From the human T2T-CHM13v2.0 reference genome, Homo sapiens, in NCBI RefSeq assembly GCF_009914755.1, contig NC_060936.1: DNA of 64,000 bases. One strand, 5' to 3'. Of this stretch, positions 40,989-54,984 are shown in pieces. Position 1 is the first letter of the stretch. Each line of letters opens with the position of its first letter. The notes beneath the pieces are model-generated. The model saw only the letters and a list, made by a program, of their open reading frames with translations. It was not told where the DNA came from and did no database searches. The position numbers and the translations under genes were made by a program.

Positions 40989-41615
40989 GTTTTCTTTTTT
41001 TTTTTTTTTCCTGCTTCAGGTTTATTTGTACAAATAGCACAGGAAGACACCAGCCCCATGCAGACGGCAGCCCAGGGGGGTCGCACCAGTCCTTCTGTCC
41101 TCACGTTGACAGATGGAGATCTCTACTCTGAAGCCTTTGTAGGGCCCTGGGCACCTTTAGAAGCCTGAACTGGAACTGAAGCTGGAGTTGCAGCCTGGGC
41201 CTTGGTTTGATCCTTGGCCTTTGGCTTGCACAGCCTGAGCCCCTTGGCAATGCGGGCATGAGCACGCTTCCCAAGCTTGGGGTGGGCAGTGTAGGCAAGT
41301 TGATCGAGCTTGCAGCTGACACCCTTTGGGATCTTGGGCTTAACCTCAAGGGCTTTACAAGGGCCTTGATAGCCTCAGCACGTGCACTCATGGCCTTGGC
41401 ATTGTTAGCCTGCATCTTCTTTAGGCCTTTCTTGTGCTTCTTGGCAAAGTGTATGCTCCTCAGGAACTTGGGGTCCACTCCCTTTAGAGATTAGTGATTG
41501 GGGTTCCTTTGTGATTGGAGTTTCTTGATGCCATTTCTGTGCCATTTTCAGGACTGGTTGTGTGTGGTGTGGTTCTTGGACTTGGCGATGTTTGCACCAT
41601 AAGCCACAGCTCCCA
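40989..41615 (-). pseudogene. Processed pseudogene of ribosomal protein L29 (RPL29)
   Basis: The - strand encodes (I)AKSKNHTTHNQS... and [42 protein letters not shown]. Intronless, ATG>ATC at 41587-41589, frameshifts, stop at 41123-41125, AATAAA at 41021-41026(-), poly(A) at 40995-41009. 15-bp TSD tagctgactattctt at 40974-40988 and 41616-41630. Confidence 0.96.
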
Positions 41616-41921
41616 TAGCTGACTATTCTTATGCACGAGACAAAACCAAAGAGAATTATGATATATCGTGGGAAAAAAAGTTGACCATCCACTTAATATT
41701 TCTGTAATCAAAAAGAAAAATCTCCAAAGTTAAGGCTTCATAAGCAGAGTCCTGTCCACCCCAGTTCCTAACCTTGTTTCTTGTCCCCAGTTCTACTTTT
41801 CTTTCCAAGATATAATGCCCTTTTTTATTCCTCCACTCTTTGAAATCAACACCTACTTATTGGGAAATTTCACTCTTTATCCACAAAAGTTATCACCACA
41901 GGACACATCCTGTTAGCATTA

Positions 41922-42236
<315 letters not shown>

Positions 42237-42548
42237 GAAGAAGAAAGTATCAAGTACTAAGTCATAAACCTTAGCCTGCTACCTTATAAACTAAGTTGCT
42301 CCCTTACCCTAAAAAATCTTGGGCATGGGTTTGAATTTATTCCCTGAATTGGCCTAATTAACCTCTTAGACAGATATCATCCTTCTTTCCAATCTCTATG
42401 AGATGAACAGGCCTCATTCATACTTAGGCAGTTCCTCTAGTCTCTGGAGAGGTGGGGGTGAATTATAGGTAGGTCATATTTATGCAGCCATAAGGAAAGA
42501 AAGGATTTAGTCCAGTGAACAGATTACAAAGTGTTGGTGTATTAATCC

Positions 42549-42906
42549 TGTATTAGTCTGTTCTCATGCTGCTAATAAAGACATACCCGAGACCGGGTAA
42601 TTTATAAAGGAAAGAAATTTGATGGACTCACAGTTCCACATGGCTGGGGAGGCCTCACAATCATGGTGGAAGATGAAGAGCGAAGGGACTTCTCACATGG
42701 CAGCAGGCAAGAGGGCGTGTGCAGGGGAACTCCCTTTTATAAAATCATCAGCTCTCCTGAGACTTGTTCACTATCACGAGAACAGCATGGGAAAGATCTG
42801 CCCCCATGATTCAATTACCTCCCACCGGGTCCCTCCCATGATGTGGGACTTATGGGAGCTACAATTCACGATGAGATTTGGGTGGGGACACAGCCAAACC
42901 ATATCA
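42549..42906 (-). mobile_element. Complete THE1-type solo LTR with 5-bp TSD
   Basis: tgtattagtctgttctcatgctgc...acagccaaaccatatca. AATCC at 42544-42548 and 42907-42911. Confidence 0.95.
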
Positions 42907-45641
42907 AATCCTTAGTAACACGAGCATTTTATGATGTTATAAAATCACTCTTCTTCTTTGTTTTTGTTGTTTCATGAGTGATGGATAACTTCAGAAGATT
43001 GTGTTGGCAGTTAGCAAGGTTTGAAAGAGGTGTGTTCAAAATTTGATAGATTTTTGACTATTTAAAAATAATTGTTGAGGAGGAGCAGTTCTCATGTGGC
43101 CTTCATGCAGAGGGAACTTAGAAGTGTAAGCCTCCTGACTTCTGTCTGTCCCTTCACCCACTCTGCCTCAAAGCGGCTAGACTGATTTTCGGATTGGTCT
43201 ATTTGAAATGGATATGATTGAGTTTAATACCTCTATCCCTCTTCCTTTGGGAGTGAGCTGTCTACATGATAATCCTTTCTCCACCACTCCGTGGGGTCAG
43301 CCTTCTCCCCATCTGCAGGAGGCAGCTCTCACTGAGTACCACCTACCACCACTGAGTTCAGTGGACAATGAGGACACCCAACCGCCTCGTTCTGAGTTGT
43401 GTCTTCCAACTTCATCTTTAGTAACTCATCTCTTATCTCTTCACCTCCCTGTCTTACTTTTCTAAATGTTCATCACTCTAACTGGGAAGTGAGATACTGT
43501 GTATTAGGCCCCCAGCCCTCACAAACTCCAACAATGAACACTAAGCTACACAAGGTGGATACAAATAACTATTGATTGTTTTGCGAGGTGAGTAGTTTGT
43601 ATTAGGTAGAAGAAGAAAGGGTAGGTGAATCTTCTTTCCTTCAAGGAACATGTAATGACACATAAACGGTTAGAAACAATAAGAGAGGGATTATAGGCCT
43701 TAAATGAGTGGAGCAGACAGAACTAAGGAAAATTAGAGGAGAAAGATATTGGTTGGAAAGCCTAATAGGGAGTTAAAGTTTCAGCTGAGCTTTAAGGGAA
43801 GGTTGGTACATGCATTCCAAAAAGTGCAGAGTGTTCTATTAATGGAAAAGTAAGCACATCAAGCTGGTTCTATTGCAAATATATATTTAAAATTACATCC
43901 TGTAAGTAACTGAAACCTCTATCATTACATTAAAAAATGTAAAACCTTCTGGAGCAGCCGAGTACATGGCAGCAGCTGCAACATCAGCATGTTCCGTCTC
44001 ACTCTTTGCACAGACAGCACAACTGCTAGTGATGTTCACAATAGACTTGGGAGAAATTTTGACACGGAATAACTGTGATATTTAAGGAAGAAAAAAAACG
44101 CTGAAAGTTGATGCAAAAACTGAAGTCTCTCCCATGTAATTACAATGAACATGCTAAACAAAGATGGAATTAACCCTGAGAACTTAAAGCCAACAAGAGG
44201 AGTTGGCTGCACCTGCATCAGAACAAAATGTGGTTGGTCCCTGACCTGGCATAAGACAGGAAAGTCACCTGTGTAGTAGAATTGTGGGCACAAGCACACA
44301 CTTCATTCAGGCGAAGGCTCAGTGAGAGACCTTATGTCCTGTCCTGCCCTGAGAGATGGAGGCTTTTAGATAAGCAGAGGAAAGGGGGTAAGACACCCAG
44401 CACATGGAGGGAAAACAAAAGTCTCAAGCAGGAAAGTATAGAAGATACTTAGAGAAGACAGGGCAGGAGTGGAGAGATTTTGATGTCTATAAACCTTGGT
44501 TGACCTTGAAGATTTATCTTTTAATGCCATTATCTCATGTTAATTAATAATGGCAACTTAACTTTTTGTCTTCATGGCATTGTGACAACACTGCCTTTCA
44601 GCAGCCATAGTGATGTTACTGATCTGCTTTTGCCTGGTTTTCTATGAGTAAACTGTGTGCTGACCCAGCCACGTGCTGTGACTCAGGCCTTCTTATGACC
44701 AGTACCACCAGGCACTCACACTGCTGTTGGCCAAGAGCTGCCTGTGGCCATACAGCAGAGACAAATTAATACTAACACCATCCTTACGTTTGGGAGACAG
44801 GCTAACAGTTTACAGGCTCCAGAGCACTTTCACATCCCTTCACATTTAATCCTTGGATCACATCTGGTGTTATTCAGGCACAACTGGAAGGCCACGTGCT
44901 GGTGGACCACATCTGGAATAGCCTGTGTTGAGAGACACATCTGGCACTCTTCCCCCATCACCTTCCTTCTTTTCTCTTCAGAGAACTTGGGACACGGAGT
45001 CAAGACACCTTGCTTTCAAGCCCAGGTCTTCTATTAACTGACCATGGGCTTGTAGGCAAAGTCACACCACTTCTCTGGGTATAATTGCATACTGGGTGAT
45101 TTCTAAAGCCTCTTCCTGCTCCAAGATACTATTATGCTGTGACAAACTGGAGAAGTAGACAGTGACGATATTGATAGGGAACCTCCTTAAAAATGGAGAC
45201 CCTGTTATTCAGAGAATTTAATGGCTTCTAATCCAGGATTACACAGATGGTAAGCAGTAACATCTCTGGTTGTTTCATTTAGTGTTTTTTCCACTACATT
45301 GCACACATGTGCGTGAGCACAATGTGGATTAACCTTGACCCGCTTAGCTCTAGCTCAGATAACCAGATGCAGATGGAGGAATCCATGCTTTCAGCGAAAT
45401 TACATTAATTACTTGGACGGTATGTGGCTAAATAAGATTCCACAAACTGACAGCCTGCAGACAGGATTTGTCCTGAAGCCCTGTTTTGTTTGGCCCCTAG
45501 CGTGTTTTATTTAAAAAATTGACATGTTGCTATACTTTAAATTTGGGATATTTACATAAAAATCCAAAATTTCAAGTTCTCTTAAAAAGCCAAAAGATTT
45601 ATGATTGGCTGAAATGGGCTCATCATTATATTGTCCCTTCA

Positions 45642-45860
45642 GTTAGTGTTTTCAAACTTCCATACTGTTGACATTTTGGGCTGGATAATTCTTTGTTGTG
45701 GAGAGGCTGTCCTGTGGATTTTGGGATGTCTAGCAGTATCCCTAGCCTGTGCTCAGCAGATGCCAGTAGCACCTTCTCCTCTGTTGTGACAATCAGTGTG
45801 ACATTTCCAAATGTCCTTTGGGTGGGGGGCACAAAATTCCCTTATGTTGAGAATGATTGT
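45642..45860. mobile_element. MER20 DNA transposon
   Basis: gacattttgggctggataattctttgttgtgg...gatgccagtagcacc...gacatttccaaatgtcc...gttgagaa. Confidence 0.85.
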
Positions 45861-45911
45861 TGTAGGCATTTGAATAGGAATCCTTGGAAAACAGAAGAGC
45901 TGGAGAAGATG

Positions 45912-46065
45912 TAGTCCAATGCTCTCAGTTTACAGAGAAGGAAACTGAAGCCCAACCGGAGAGGTTAAGTAACTTGCCCACGGTGACACAATTGGAACAA
46001 TGGTGACAGACCTAGGACTGGAACCCAGGTCCTCTGACACCTTGTGCAGTGCATTTTTCACCTAG
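45912..46065 (-). mobile_element. MIR
   Basis: tttacagagaaggaaactgaagccca..gaggttaagtaacttgccca. Confidence 0.8.
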
Positions 46066-47048
46066 ATCTGCTTCCAAAGCCCTCACCTGCCAACTGTGTG
46101 AGATGACGGGTACATTAATTTGCTAATTTCCCACCCACTTTAATTGCTGATCAGGAAGGCCTGACGGCTGCTTTCACTTCCTTGCAAGTGTGTCCAGAGG
46201 CAAGCAGAGCAGCTCCCCATTCCAAGGGAGCATTTCCTGGATATAGGCGGCCCATATTGTTTCACTCAGATTGGAAGGGGTGTTGCATAAACATTTGCCT
46301 TATTCTCTGATCCAGTCATTTAAATAAGATTTTTCTCATTCCCAGCCAATTCAGATCATCAGTCTCTTTTGCATTCTTGAATCAACATTTCCTCCAAAGC
46401 CGCTAAGAAAGTGTACAGCCAGAAACAAATGTTTGTGTGAAGTCATTTGTCACTCTGCAAATTCCTTAGGAATGTGGTTATACAACAAACAGTTGGATGT
46501 TATCATTTATATGCTTAGAATTTGTTTCATTATCTGAAAGCTCATCCTTTTTGATAAAAAAAATTTTAGAAGTATATTAATGATTTATCACAGGAAGTAT
46601 TTACTTTTCACAATAATAAATTCCTCTGATGTGAGAAAGTACCTACCAGGCTCACTGGACCAGAAGCCCTGAGTGCTTAGGCTTCAGTTTTGGCTCTGTC
46701 ACTATCCAAACTGATGGCCTAAACAGGGCCATATCTTTCTCAACAGTGTTTTCTGAGCTACCACTGAGATCCCTTGACACTCTCATATTGTATGAGTCAT
46801 ATTCCTGTTTCATCTATTATAGTCCCTGTGAGCTTTCTCCTATAATTGAGTCTTGTTCTACCTGGTTTGACTACTGCATTTTTGATAGAGAAAGCCCAGG
46901 AAACACCTATTGTAAAATGTTATTCATTTACCCACTTACAGTGGGACCAGCCCACAGGTTAATTTGAAATTTTTCTAGTTGTCAGTGAAATATCTTAGTT
47001 AGAAAGTAACTTTGCCAGACAGTAATTTTAAACTCTGCTTTGTGGGTA

Positions 47049-47724
47049 CAATAGTCCCCTCTTATCCAAGAGGGATATGGTCCAACACTGCTAGTGGGTG
47101 CCTGAAATCATGGATTGTAGGAACCCAATCAAACACAGTTCTGTTCACATCCACCCACAAATTTAATACCTTTTCCATCCTAACTAAGCGCTTGTCATGC
47201 ACTGTGGCCATAATTTTGCAGTTTAAAGGGCAACAGCAAAACTAGCACACATTTTTTTTTTCCTCTCCACAATTTAACAGATAGGTCTGTTTTTACTGTA
47301 GGTTTTAGCAACTTCAGCATACAATTCTTTTTTTCTTATTAAGTTGAGAACCTCCTCCTTTTCATGTAAAGAAGACTATGGTTTCTTTTTGGTATATCCA
47401 AATTGCCTTGCATCACTACTCTTGTGGTTAGGACCATTATGAAGTAACATAAGGGTCCCTTGAACACAAGCACTCTGCTATCATGACAACAGATCTGTTA
47501 ACCAAGAAATCTACTAAGTAAATCACAGGCAGGGAGGGTAGATAGCATGGAGACGCTGGACAAAGAGAGGATTAACCTCCTGGGTAAGATGGGGAGGGAG
47601 GGCACACAGTTTAAAACGTATGAATTGTTTATGTCGGAATTTTCCATTTAATATTTTCAGACCACGGTTGACCACAGGTAACTGAAACCACAGGAATGAG
47701 ATGACAGGTAAGGGGTTACTACTG
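47049..47724 (-). mobile_element. MER44/Tigger7-family DNA transposon with TIRs and TA TSD
   Basis: Left caatagtcccctcttatcc and right ggtaaggggttactactg form imperfect TIRs; TA at 47047-47048 and 47725-47726. Internal ggaattttccatttaatattttcagaccacggttgacc. Confidence 0.85.
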
Positions 47725-48619
47725 TACATCCTTCTTGGATGTCCTACTGAGTGTCAGAATCATTTGAGAATGCAATGATGTGGGAATCAACTTCCTCCTG
47801 CCTCCCACTCCACTTAGTCCTCCCCTTCAATGTGGTGGACTTTTCATATATTGTGACCTGAAGTTTACAGAGGACTGTTGTGTGACCACTCACTACTGCA
47901 AAATCATACTGCCCTAAATGTGTTCTTATTTTCTTGGCTTCTATCCTGGCACATCTCTCTCTGGCACAGTGTCCGTCCACCTCAGCTTCTGATTGTCTCC
48001 TTCCTTTCTTTCCTTTGAACTTGATAGGGGATCAGAGCATGAAAGACAGATGGCTCTAAAGAATAACAGAATTGCCACATATGCAAGAGTTGTGTGTCAC
48101 CTCCCTTGTGTAATGTTTGGGTGGGCTTGATCATAAGGTCCATTTGGACAAGTGGAGGAGGGGAACAAGTGGTACAGAGGCTCAGATGCATGAGTTGGAA
48201 AAATGAATAGAGTGTTAAGGGAGCTGCAATTTGGACTCACCCAAGACATGCCAGATTCTGAACACAGAGCTGTAAGACTCCCTGCCAGAGAAATCCTCAT
48301 TAAGATTAGTTGAGGCACTGGGCAAGCCTGGGCCCATGGATAAAGCCTTCAGTACCCAGAACTGAGCAGGTCCAGGAGGCCAATACAAGCAAGTCACTTT
48401 ATCTCCTAATGTCACTCGTTTATAATCTGACCCTTATTGTAAGTCTCTGTGTGAAGGTATAGTTTTCTTTTATCTCTTTATCAAGAAGGAAATCAAATTG
48501 ACTGACTTAAATTTTTGCTTATTAAAACACCGTTAACAATTAGCATTGAACATTGACTTTATGCGAGACATTCTGCCTGTAGTATTTTAGCAGAAGATCA
48601 CAGGGAAGTTTAAGAGTAA

Positions 48620-49100
48620 TTGTTGGCTGTTCTTGAGTATGCCTTCTTCCTTGCTTTGTTAATGAAATAAGTACTGAGTTTTAACTGGGTCCATGGTATC
48701 CCAGCTAAAGAGTACATCTTCCAGCTTGTCTTACAGATTGTGGTGGCCATGTGACTAAGTGCTAGCTCATTGGATGTGAACAGAAAAGGTGTAAACAACT
48801 TGAGGTTTATGCCCATAAGGAAGGATTGTGCCTTCTCCCTCCCCTTCTCCTTTCCCTCTGGCTGGAAGGTGAACGTGAGGCAAGAGTTGAGAAAAGACAA
48901 TGTAGCCACAAGATGAAAGCTGAGTGTTGAAGATGCAGAACAGGCCAGGAGGAGTCTGGTCTCGAGACTGTGGAGCCATCCTCTCAGCTCTAGACTGATT
49001 ATGTTCAGACTAGCATGAGAGAGAAATAAATGCCTTCTTCTTTTAAGCCACAATTATTTTGACTTGTTATAATAGCCACACCTGTTTCCTAACTGTTACT
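48620..49100 (+). mobile_element. Old ERVL/MaLR LTR (MLT1/LTR33-like)
   Basis: ggccatgtgactaagt...tgagagagaaataaatgcc...tttaagccac...ttgttataatagcc. Confidence 0.6.
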
Positions 49101-51049
49101 GCTATTCATTTTGTACCCTTTGTGCAAATGAGCATCTAAGCCTCAAAAAAGACAAATAACTGGTCTAAAATTGCTTCTGGAGTGGTCCCCTCATACAGCT
49201 CAAATGCAACGCTTTCTAGTCGAATTCCTCTCTGATATGGAAATGCCAGTGAAATCATACAGTCCTTTCCCCACACCAAAGGAATGCCCAGCTCTGAACA
49301 AAGGGTGCCTTCTGGAACATGTGCCTGGCTGGGCTTTCTTATGTGTGAGCCCATGTCCGGGGTGGGCAGGGATGCATTCTTTGTTAATCTCCAACCTGGG
49401 ACTCCACCCACGTCACAGGCTGGGTTCCTGTGGATATTAAAATAACCGATGTGGTGGGTCAATAAATCATAAATATTATCACATTTACCTAGTATCAATA
49501 TTACTAGTATTTAAGGGCTTGTGTTTGGAATGTTATATATTTTAAAAAAAGGTTTTAGCACCGAAATAAAGAATATGTTCCAAGTTACTTTGTTTGTTGA
49601 CTTAAAATTTTTAAATATTGCATGTTAGTGAGATTTGGGTTGTGAGAGCCATGATGGCATCTCTGATTTACTTTTTTTTTCAGGGATACTGAGGGGCTAC
49701 TTGTGAGATGGCAAAAAAGAGATATGGCAACCAGAATTTCCCTCAGTCGCCCCTGACAAGTTCTCCTACATCTTCACACAAAGTAAGAGGGCCGCCACTT
49801 CACGGTGATCTCAGCACTCCTAATGCCATTTGGAAAATTCTGGACTTGGATTAAGCACTACTCAGGCAGGACAGTTCACAGATATCTGTGAGCCATGACT
49901 TAAGGCCCATCATCTCTGAAGCTATTTCCAAGTTAGTTAGCATCATATGGACAAACAGAGGGAGAGGCAGAAAGAGAAATTTCTTTTCCTGCAACGTATG
50001 TGTTATGTTAACAATAGGATACAATGAAGTTAGGGAATCATGTATGAATGTAAATGCCCCTGCATCCCCACCGTGTTCAGTACTTTATGTATTACCTTTG
50101 TCTTTTCCATGATATGCTTCTTACACATTCCCCCACTCTTTCCACAGTTATCTGTCAATTGTCAAATGCTGTTTACCTAGAGCATCAGGGTTCTCATTTG
50201 CTAGACTTTTTTTTTTTTGCAGTTTATTATTCTTTACCTCTGTTTACTAAACTCCAGCATCTCACCTACATTATGTAACTTTTTATCAAAGTTAAGTGAA
50301 ATGTAGATCTTGAATTTTCTCTTTCTTCAATAATTCTTTATTGCTTGTGAAATATATTCCTATAATATTGTATATGTGACCAGGGGACCAGATGGGACAG
50401 GAGAAGGAAAATGGTTTTTAAGTGATGCAAGGCGATGCTTATTGTCTGTCAAGTCAGGACTATGAGGCCTCACAACGTGGAAGCAAGGCAGGCACATTTC
50501 TTCACCTCTGAACATTCTTGACCGGCTACTGTATGCCACAGCCTAGGGATAAAAACTTGAGGAAGGGTCTACCTCTGCCTCTGGAAGCTTATAATCTGTG
50601 GGATAGCCAAGTAACAAGGGATTTCAGAACAGTGTGCTGGGTGCTGCCATGGGGATAGCCACAGGGTGCTGGGGGAACAGGCAATAGTGATACCCAACTT
50701 GGTCTCGGGAGAATCAGGGAAGGTTTTCTGCATGGGAGGGTGGTGTTCAAGTGATACCTGAGTAGAGGCTGTCCATGCAAAAAAGTGGAAAATATCATGG
50801 CAAGCTTCCAGAGATGAGAAAGTTTGGGATCACCGACTAGTTCCATGCATCTGGAGCATAGAGTGGAAGTAGCTGAGTACTGAAATCCAAAGACGGGGAT
50901 GAAAGCAGAGACTGGATTAAAAATCCCTGAGAGCCAAGATATCAAGTAGGTAAGGGGCAGAGGTCAAAATAAATGGATCCAGCCAGTCTGAGGAAGATTC
51001 ACCTACACCAATGCTGCAGTTTGAAGCTGGATAAGAAGAAGGGAAGGAA

Positions 51050-51260
51050 ATAAACATTTTTGAGTGTGTACCATATACCAGACCCTGTGCATCACCTAAT
51101 CAAATTATCACACAAAGCTTTTAGGGGGTATAATTGTCACCATTTCATGGCTGAAAAACATGGCCTCAAAAGATAGCATGATGGGTATCACACAGCTTTT
51201 GAGTAGTAGGTCTGGGATTCAAATTCAGGTCTAATTCCAAAGCCCGTGTTCTTTCTGACC
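51050..51260 (-). mobile_element. MIR
   Basis: aacattttttgagtgtgtaccatataccag...tcacacagct...gggattcaaattcaggtct. Confidence 0.65.
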
Positions 51261-53649
51261 ATAGCAATGACTCCAGAGCAACAGGCCAGCGAAGAGAGGG
51301 CAGGCTTTAATGAATGAGATAGAAGCTACAGTGAGTCAGACTTGGGCTTCAGGTAACCACATGGAGGCAGGGTAACAGCTGGCACAAGACTTCCAGGAAA
51401 TGGGCAATGTTTGGAAAGATATGTTGACAAACTGCCCAGGCTGTGGGGCATGAGGTCCAAAGGTCAAAGTTTAGAAGAATAAAAAGCAAAATCAAATTTC
51501 TATGTAGAAGAAGCTAACTAGAAGTTGATATAGAAGCATGAAACTAGACAGAAGAGGGAGGAGTTAGAAGAAGAGACAGGGCCAAGTGCCATGCTGAGAG
51601 GCCGAAGCTACAGAAAAAGTGTCCAAGGAGAGAGGCTCCTGGTGATGGGGTGGCTGAAAGACTTTAAAGAATAGAAGTGTCTGATATGTAATCATAGGTT
51701 GTTTGGTTGATGTCCTGTAAACTCCCAACAATTGCCCCAATTCTCCTGTTAAAATCCATCCCACACATCACATAGCCTTGTGTTTGAGACAGGCTCCCGT
51801 AGAATGTCCAAACAGGAAGACGGGGAATGTTCAGTGTGGAGTGACAGGGTACACAGAACAGAGAGCAGGCACAGAAAAGAGAGGGAGCCCGTACATGGAG
51901 TGATTAGGCCTCAGCCAGAGGTAGCCAGGAACATTATAAACAACTTGCCCACATGTCAAAGATTAGCAGAGAGTTTGAGAGAGTTGTTAAATGGCTCACC
52001 ACATAAGGAAGGAGAATGCAAAACAATTTCATTTGAATCCTGAAAGGGCAAGCTGACCTTAGCTGATGTGTGGCTTATGAAAAGAAGATATTGCTAATAG
52101 AGCTGATCAAGGATTAAGTAGGCAACCTTGGACAGCAGTTAATTTTCCACCCCTGGGAATGTGTAGGCAAAGAGGACACAGACCCAGGCATGGCAGTGGT
52201 AGGACAGATTCAGGTGTCAGATGGGGACAGACTGCATAACCCATTGAACTCCCTCCCAACCCTGAGAGTCCAGCCTAGGAAAGCAAGTTTAAGGCTCCCA
52301 AATGAATTAAGTATCCAAGCAAATCGGACTTGCATTTGGGAATGCACTTTTGACAAAACTCAGAATGAATGAGTCAATAGGAAATCCACCCAAACAGGTT
52401 AAAATTAAAACTGAACCATTAACATCCAAGAGAAGGATAAAGCTGCCTTGCTAGTCGACTTTCTGATTCAATCCAAGATTTCTCATGTGTTTCCTGCTCC
52501 TCTTAATGAGTCACTTGGTTTAGACAGTCTAGGATTTGCTTTCAGAGCAGGTGGATAAACTTACCTGTCCCAATGGAGATTTAGGTTTCAACACCTGCTG
52601 AAGATGCATCTAACCTGTTGAAGATTTTCTTGCATTTTTAGATTCATGCCCGGACCTAGCCATCCTTTCTCCCAGTTCAGTAGTGATATCCACCAGGCTG
52701 GAGGTGTGTTGAAGGAATGAAAGTGCACCAGCTTCAAGAGAAAAGGAAACAAACAAAAGTAAAGCAAGAAAGATTGAGAACAGCAATGTAGGCAGAAAGC
52801 TGGTAACAATGAGCTCTCTTCTCTCCATGACCTGGCCAGAAAGAAACAAGCAAATGCTGTTACAACCCCTTAGACTGTGTGCAAGGACAGGGTACACACC
52901 AATTGCTAAAGCACATGTTAAAAGGTTAAAATTTTAAACGATTTCCTAGATTTTCTCTTATACTGTGCTCAGAACAATATGTGCAATTTAGAGGAAAAAA
53001 AAAACCTAAGTAAATATGATATTCTGCTAATGCTCTTTTATGTGTCAGCCAGGAATGAAGATAGCTTAGGTACATGAAATTCATAGACAAACCATACGTT
53101 TTAAAAAAGCAGACTTTATTGGTTGGAATTTCAGCATGAAAGGTATTTCTGCACCCACCCATGGTAGGGCAACAGTCAGAATAGTTAGAAGTCACGAAGG
53201 AGGAGGAGGCAGGAAGAACCTACAGCAACCACAGACTAGATCGTCCGCCCTAAGAAATTGACTGTAGACCTCAAATAGTTGCTGATATTTGAAATAAGAA
53301 TAAAATTTCCCATATGCAACCAGTCTAGGGAGGCATTCTTGGTGACATTTTCAAATTGTCCCATCTGCCACAATCCTCCACTCAGCAGGACTGAACACAT
53401 CTCCAGGGGTCAAACCCACATGGATTAGATTTGAAAGACCACGAAGTTCAGTTCTTTCTTCAGAATGTCCTCCCTTTGTGGAAACTAGAAGTAAATTAAC
53501 AACCCCACCTAGTAATTCCAAAAGATAGAATCACATTTAAGCTACCCCTTGGCTTTAGAAATGTTTTTCTTCCAAGAAACTACTTTTGAAATAAGTAAAA
53601 AATGTTAAAGCTGACCACTCATCTTTTCATTTTAAGAAGTACTTTTGAA

Positions 53650-54610
53650 TCCTTCCTCCAGGCCACCATGCTAGACATGGAAGATACAAAAGATCTATTG
53701 ATGCCTTTGAATAGCCTAGAGTCTCTTGTTCGTATGAACAAGATTAAGATCCAATAAATTAATCACAAAGTGCAGATGTGCACCCTGAGCCTAAATCTGC
53801 CCCCCAGGTATTGGGAAAGGCCTCACAGCAAAGGTGGAGACTGAGCCGAGCAGCTGATGGTGAGTGGGAGTTTATCAGATGACAGACAGGTGAATTGCAT
53901 TTCAGAAGGAGGGAATAGTATGTTGCAAAGGTACCAAAGAGGGAAAGAGTATGACAGTGGCTTGAGGAGAGTAAGTGGCACCAGGGTCAAGGGAGTGTGT
54001 TGCATGCTCTAGTCATGCAAGTGTTTTCCTGGAAAAAGAACAAATGCACTGTGGTAAAATTCAAGTGCATTCCTATACTTAAAATTCAACAGATCTAAAG
54101 ATAGTAATTCAGAGCAAAAGGAAATTAAAATATTTGAGCAGTTTCTTTGTGACACCTGAAAAGAAGTGCCAGGGGATTTATGAGTTATTATCTCTAGAAT
54201 AGGTCGCTTCATGGGCCTGTAGCCTGCCATCACTCAGGGACCCATGCTGAGAAGCCTCTGCTCTTGGGCAAATGCTCTGCCCTTGCTGTCTTAAAATTCT
54301 TTAGTACATTTTGAACAATGAGCCTTGGCTTTTCATATTCCATTTGTCCCCAGAAATTATGCAGCTGAGCCTGAGAACAGAACATTTTCAGATAACTTGA
54401 AATAGCTCAGTATTGTATTTAAAGTGGAAAGAGGGAGAAGTGGTAGATGAGGTTGAACATGTAGGCAGTGGCATATATTGAAAGGCCTGGGAGTCTCGCT
54501 AAAAATTTAAAATGTACCTGTAGGATATAGAAGGTCATTGAAGAATTTGAGCAAGAAGTAGCATGAAGAGATGTGCTGTTTAGATCACTCTGGTGTAATG
54601 AGTCGATAGA
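53650..54610 (-). mobile_element. L2 fragments interrupted by a MER91-like element (~54170-54375)
   Basis: Antisense L2 motifs (aaggtcattgaagaatttgagcaag...tttagatcactctgg). Central gggacccatgctgagaag...aaattatgcagctgagcctg. Confidence 0.5.
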
Positions 54611-54984
54611 GTGGAAATATAACAAAAAGTTTCCCATTTAAAATAAATGCACTTTCCTTGTTTGAATTTCGTTTCTTGGGAATAAAGTTTTGATCCGTCT
54701 TAAAAGTCTCTACGAGGAATAATTGCTGTGATTAACTTCCACCTTAGGGTAAATTAAGATAGCAAGATCTGTGAGCTCTCTTGAGAACTGGATGTAGGAA
54801 AGGGAGAACAGAAAACAGGAGGCAGAAGGTTCTGTGTATAGATGGGCAGGCCATACAGAAGCCGGGCTTCTGGGGAAAAGCTTAGCCGTCTCTTCATTCT
54901 TCACAAGCCTAGCCTGATGACACATAGAGATTTTTTTCTTTTCCCAAAAAATGGCCTTTTGGCATTCTCCCTGCCTGTTTCATT

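Noticed and set aside
41207-41711. Overlapping ORFs near 41.2-41.7 kb as new genes
   Set aside because: They are alternative or antisense frames of the RPL29 pseudogene.
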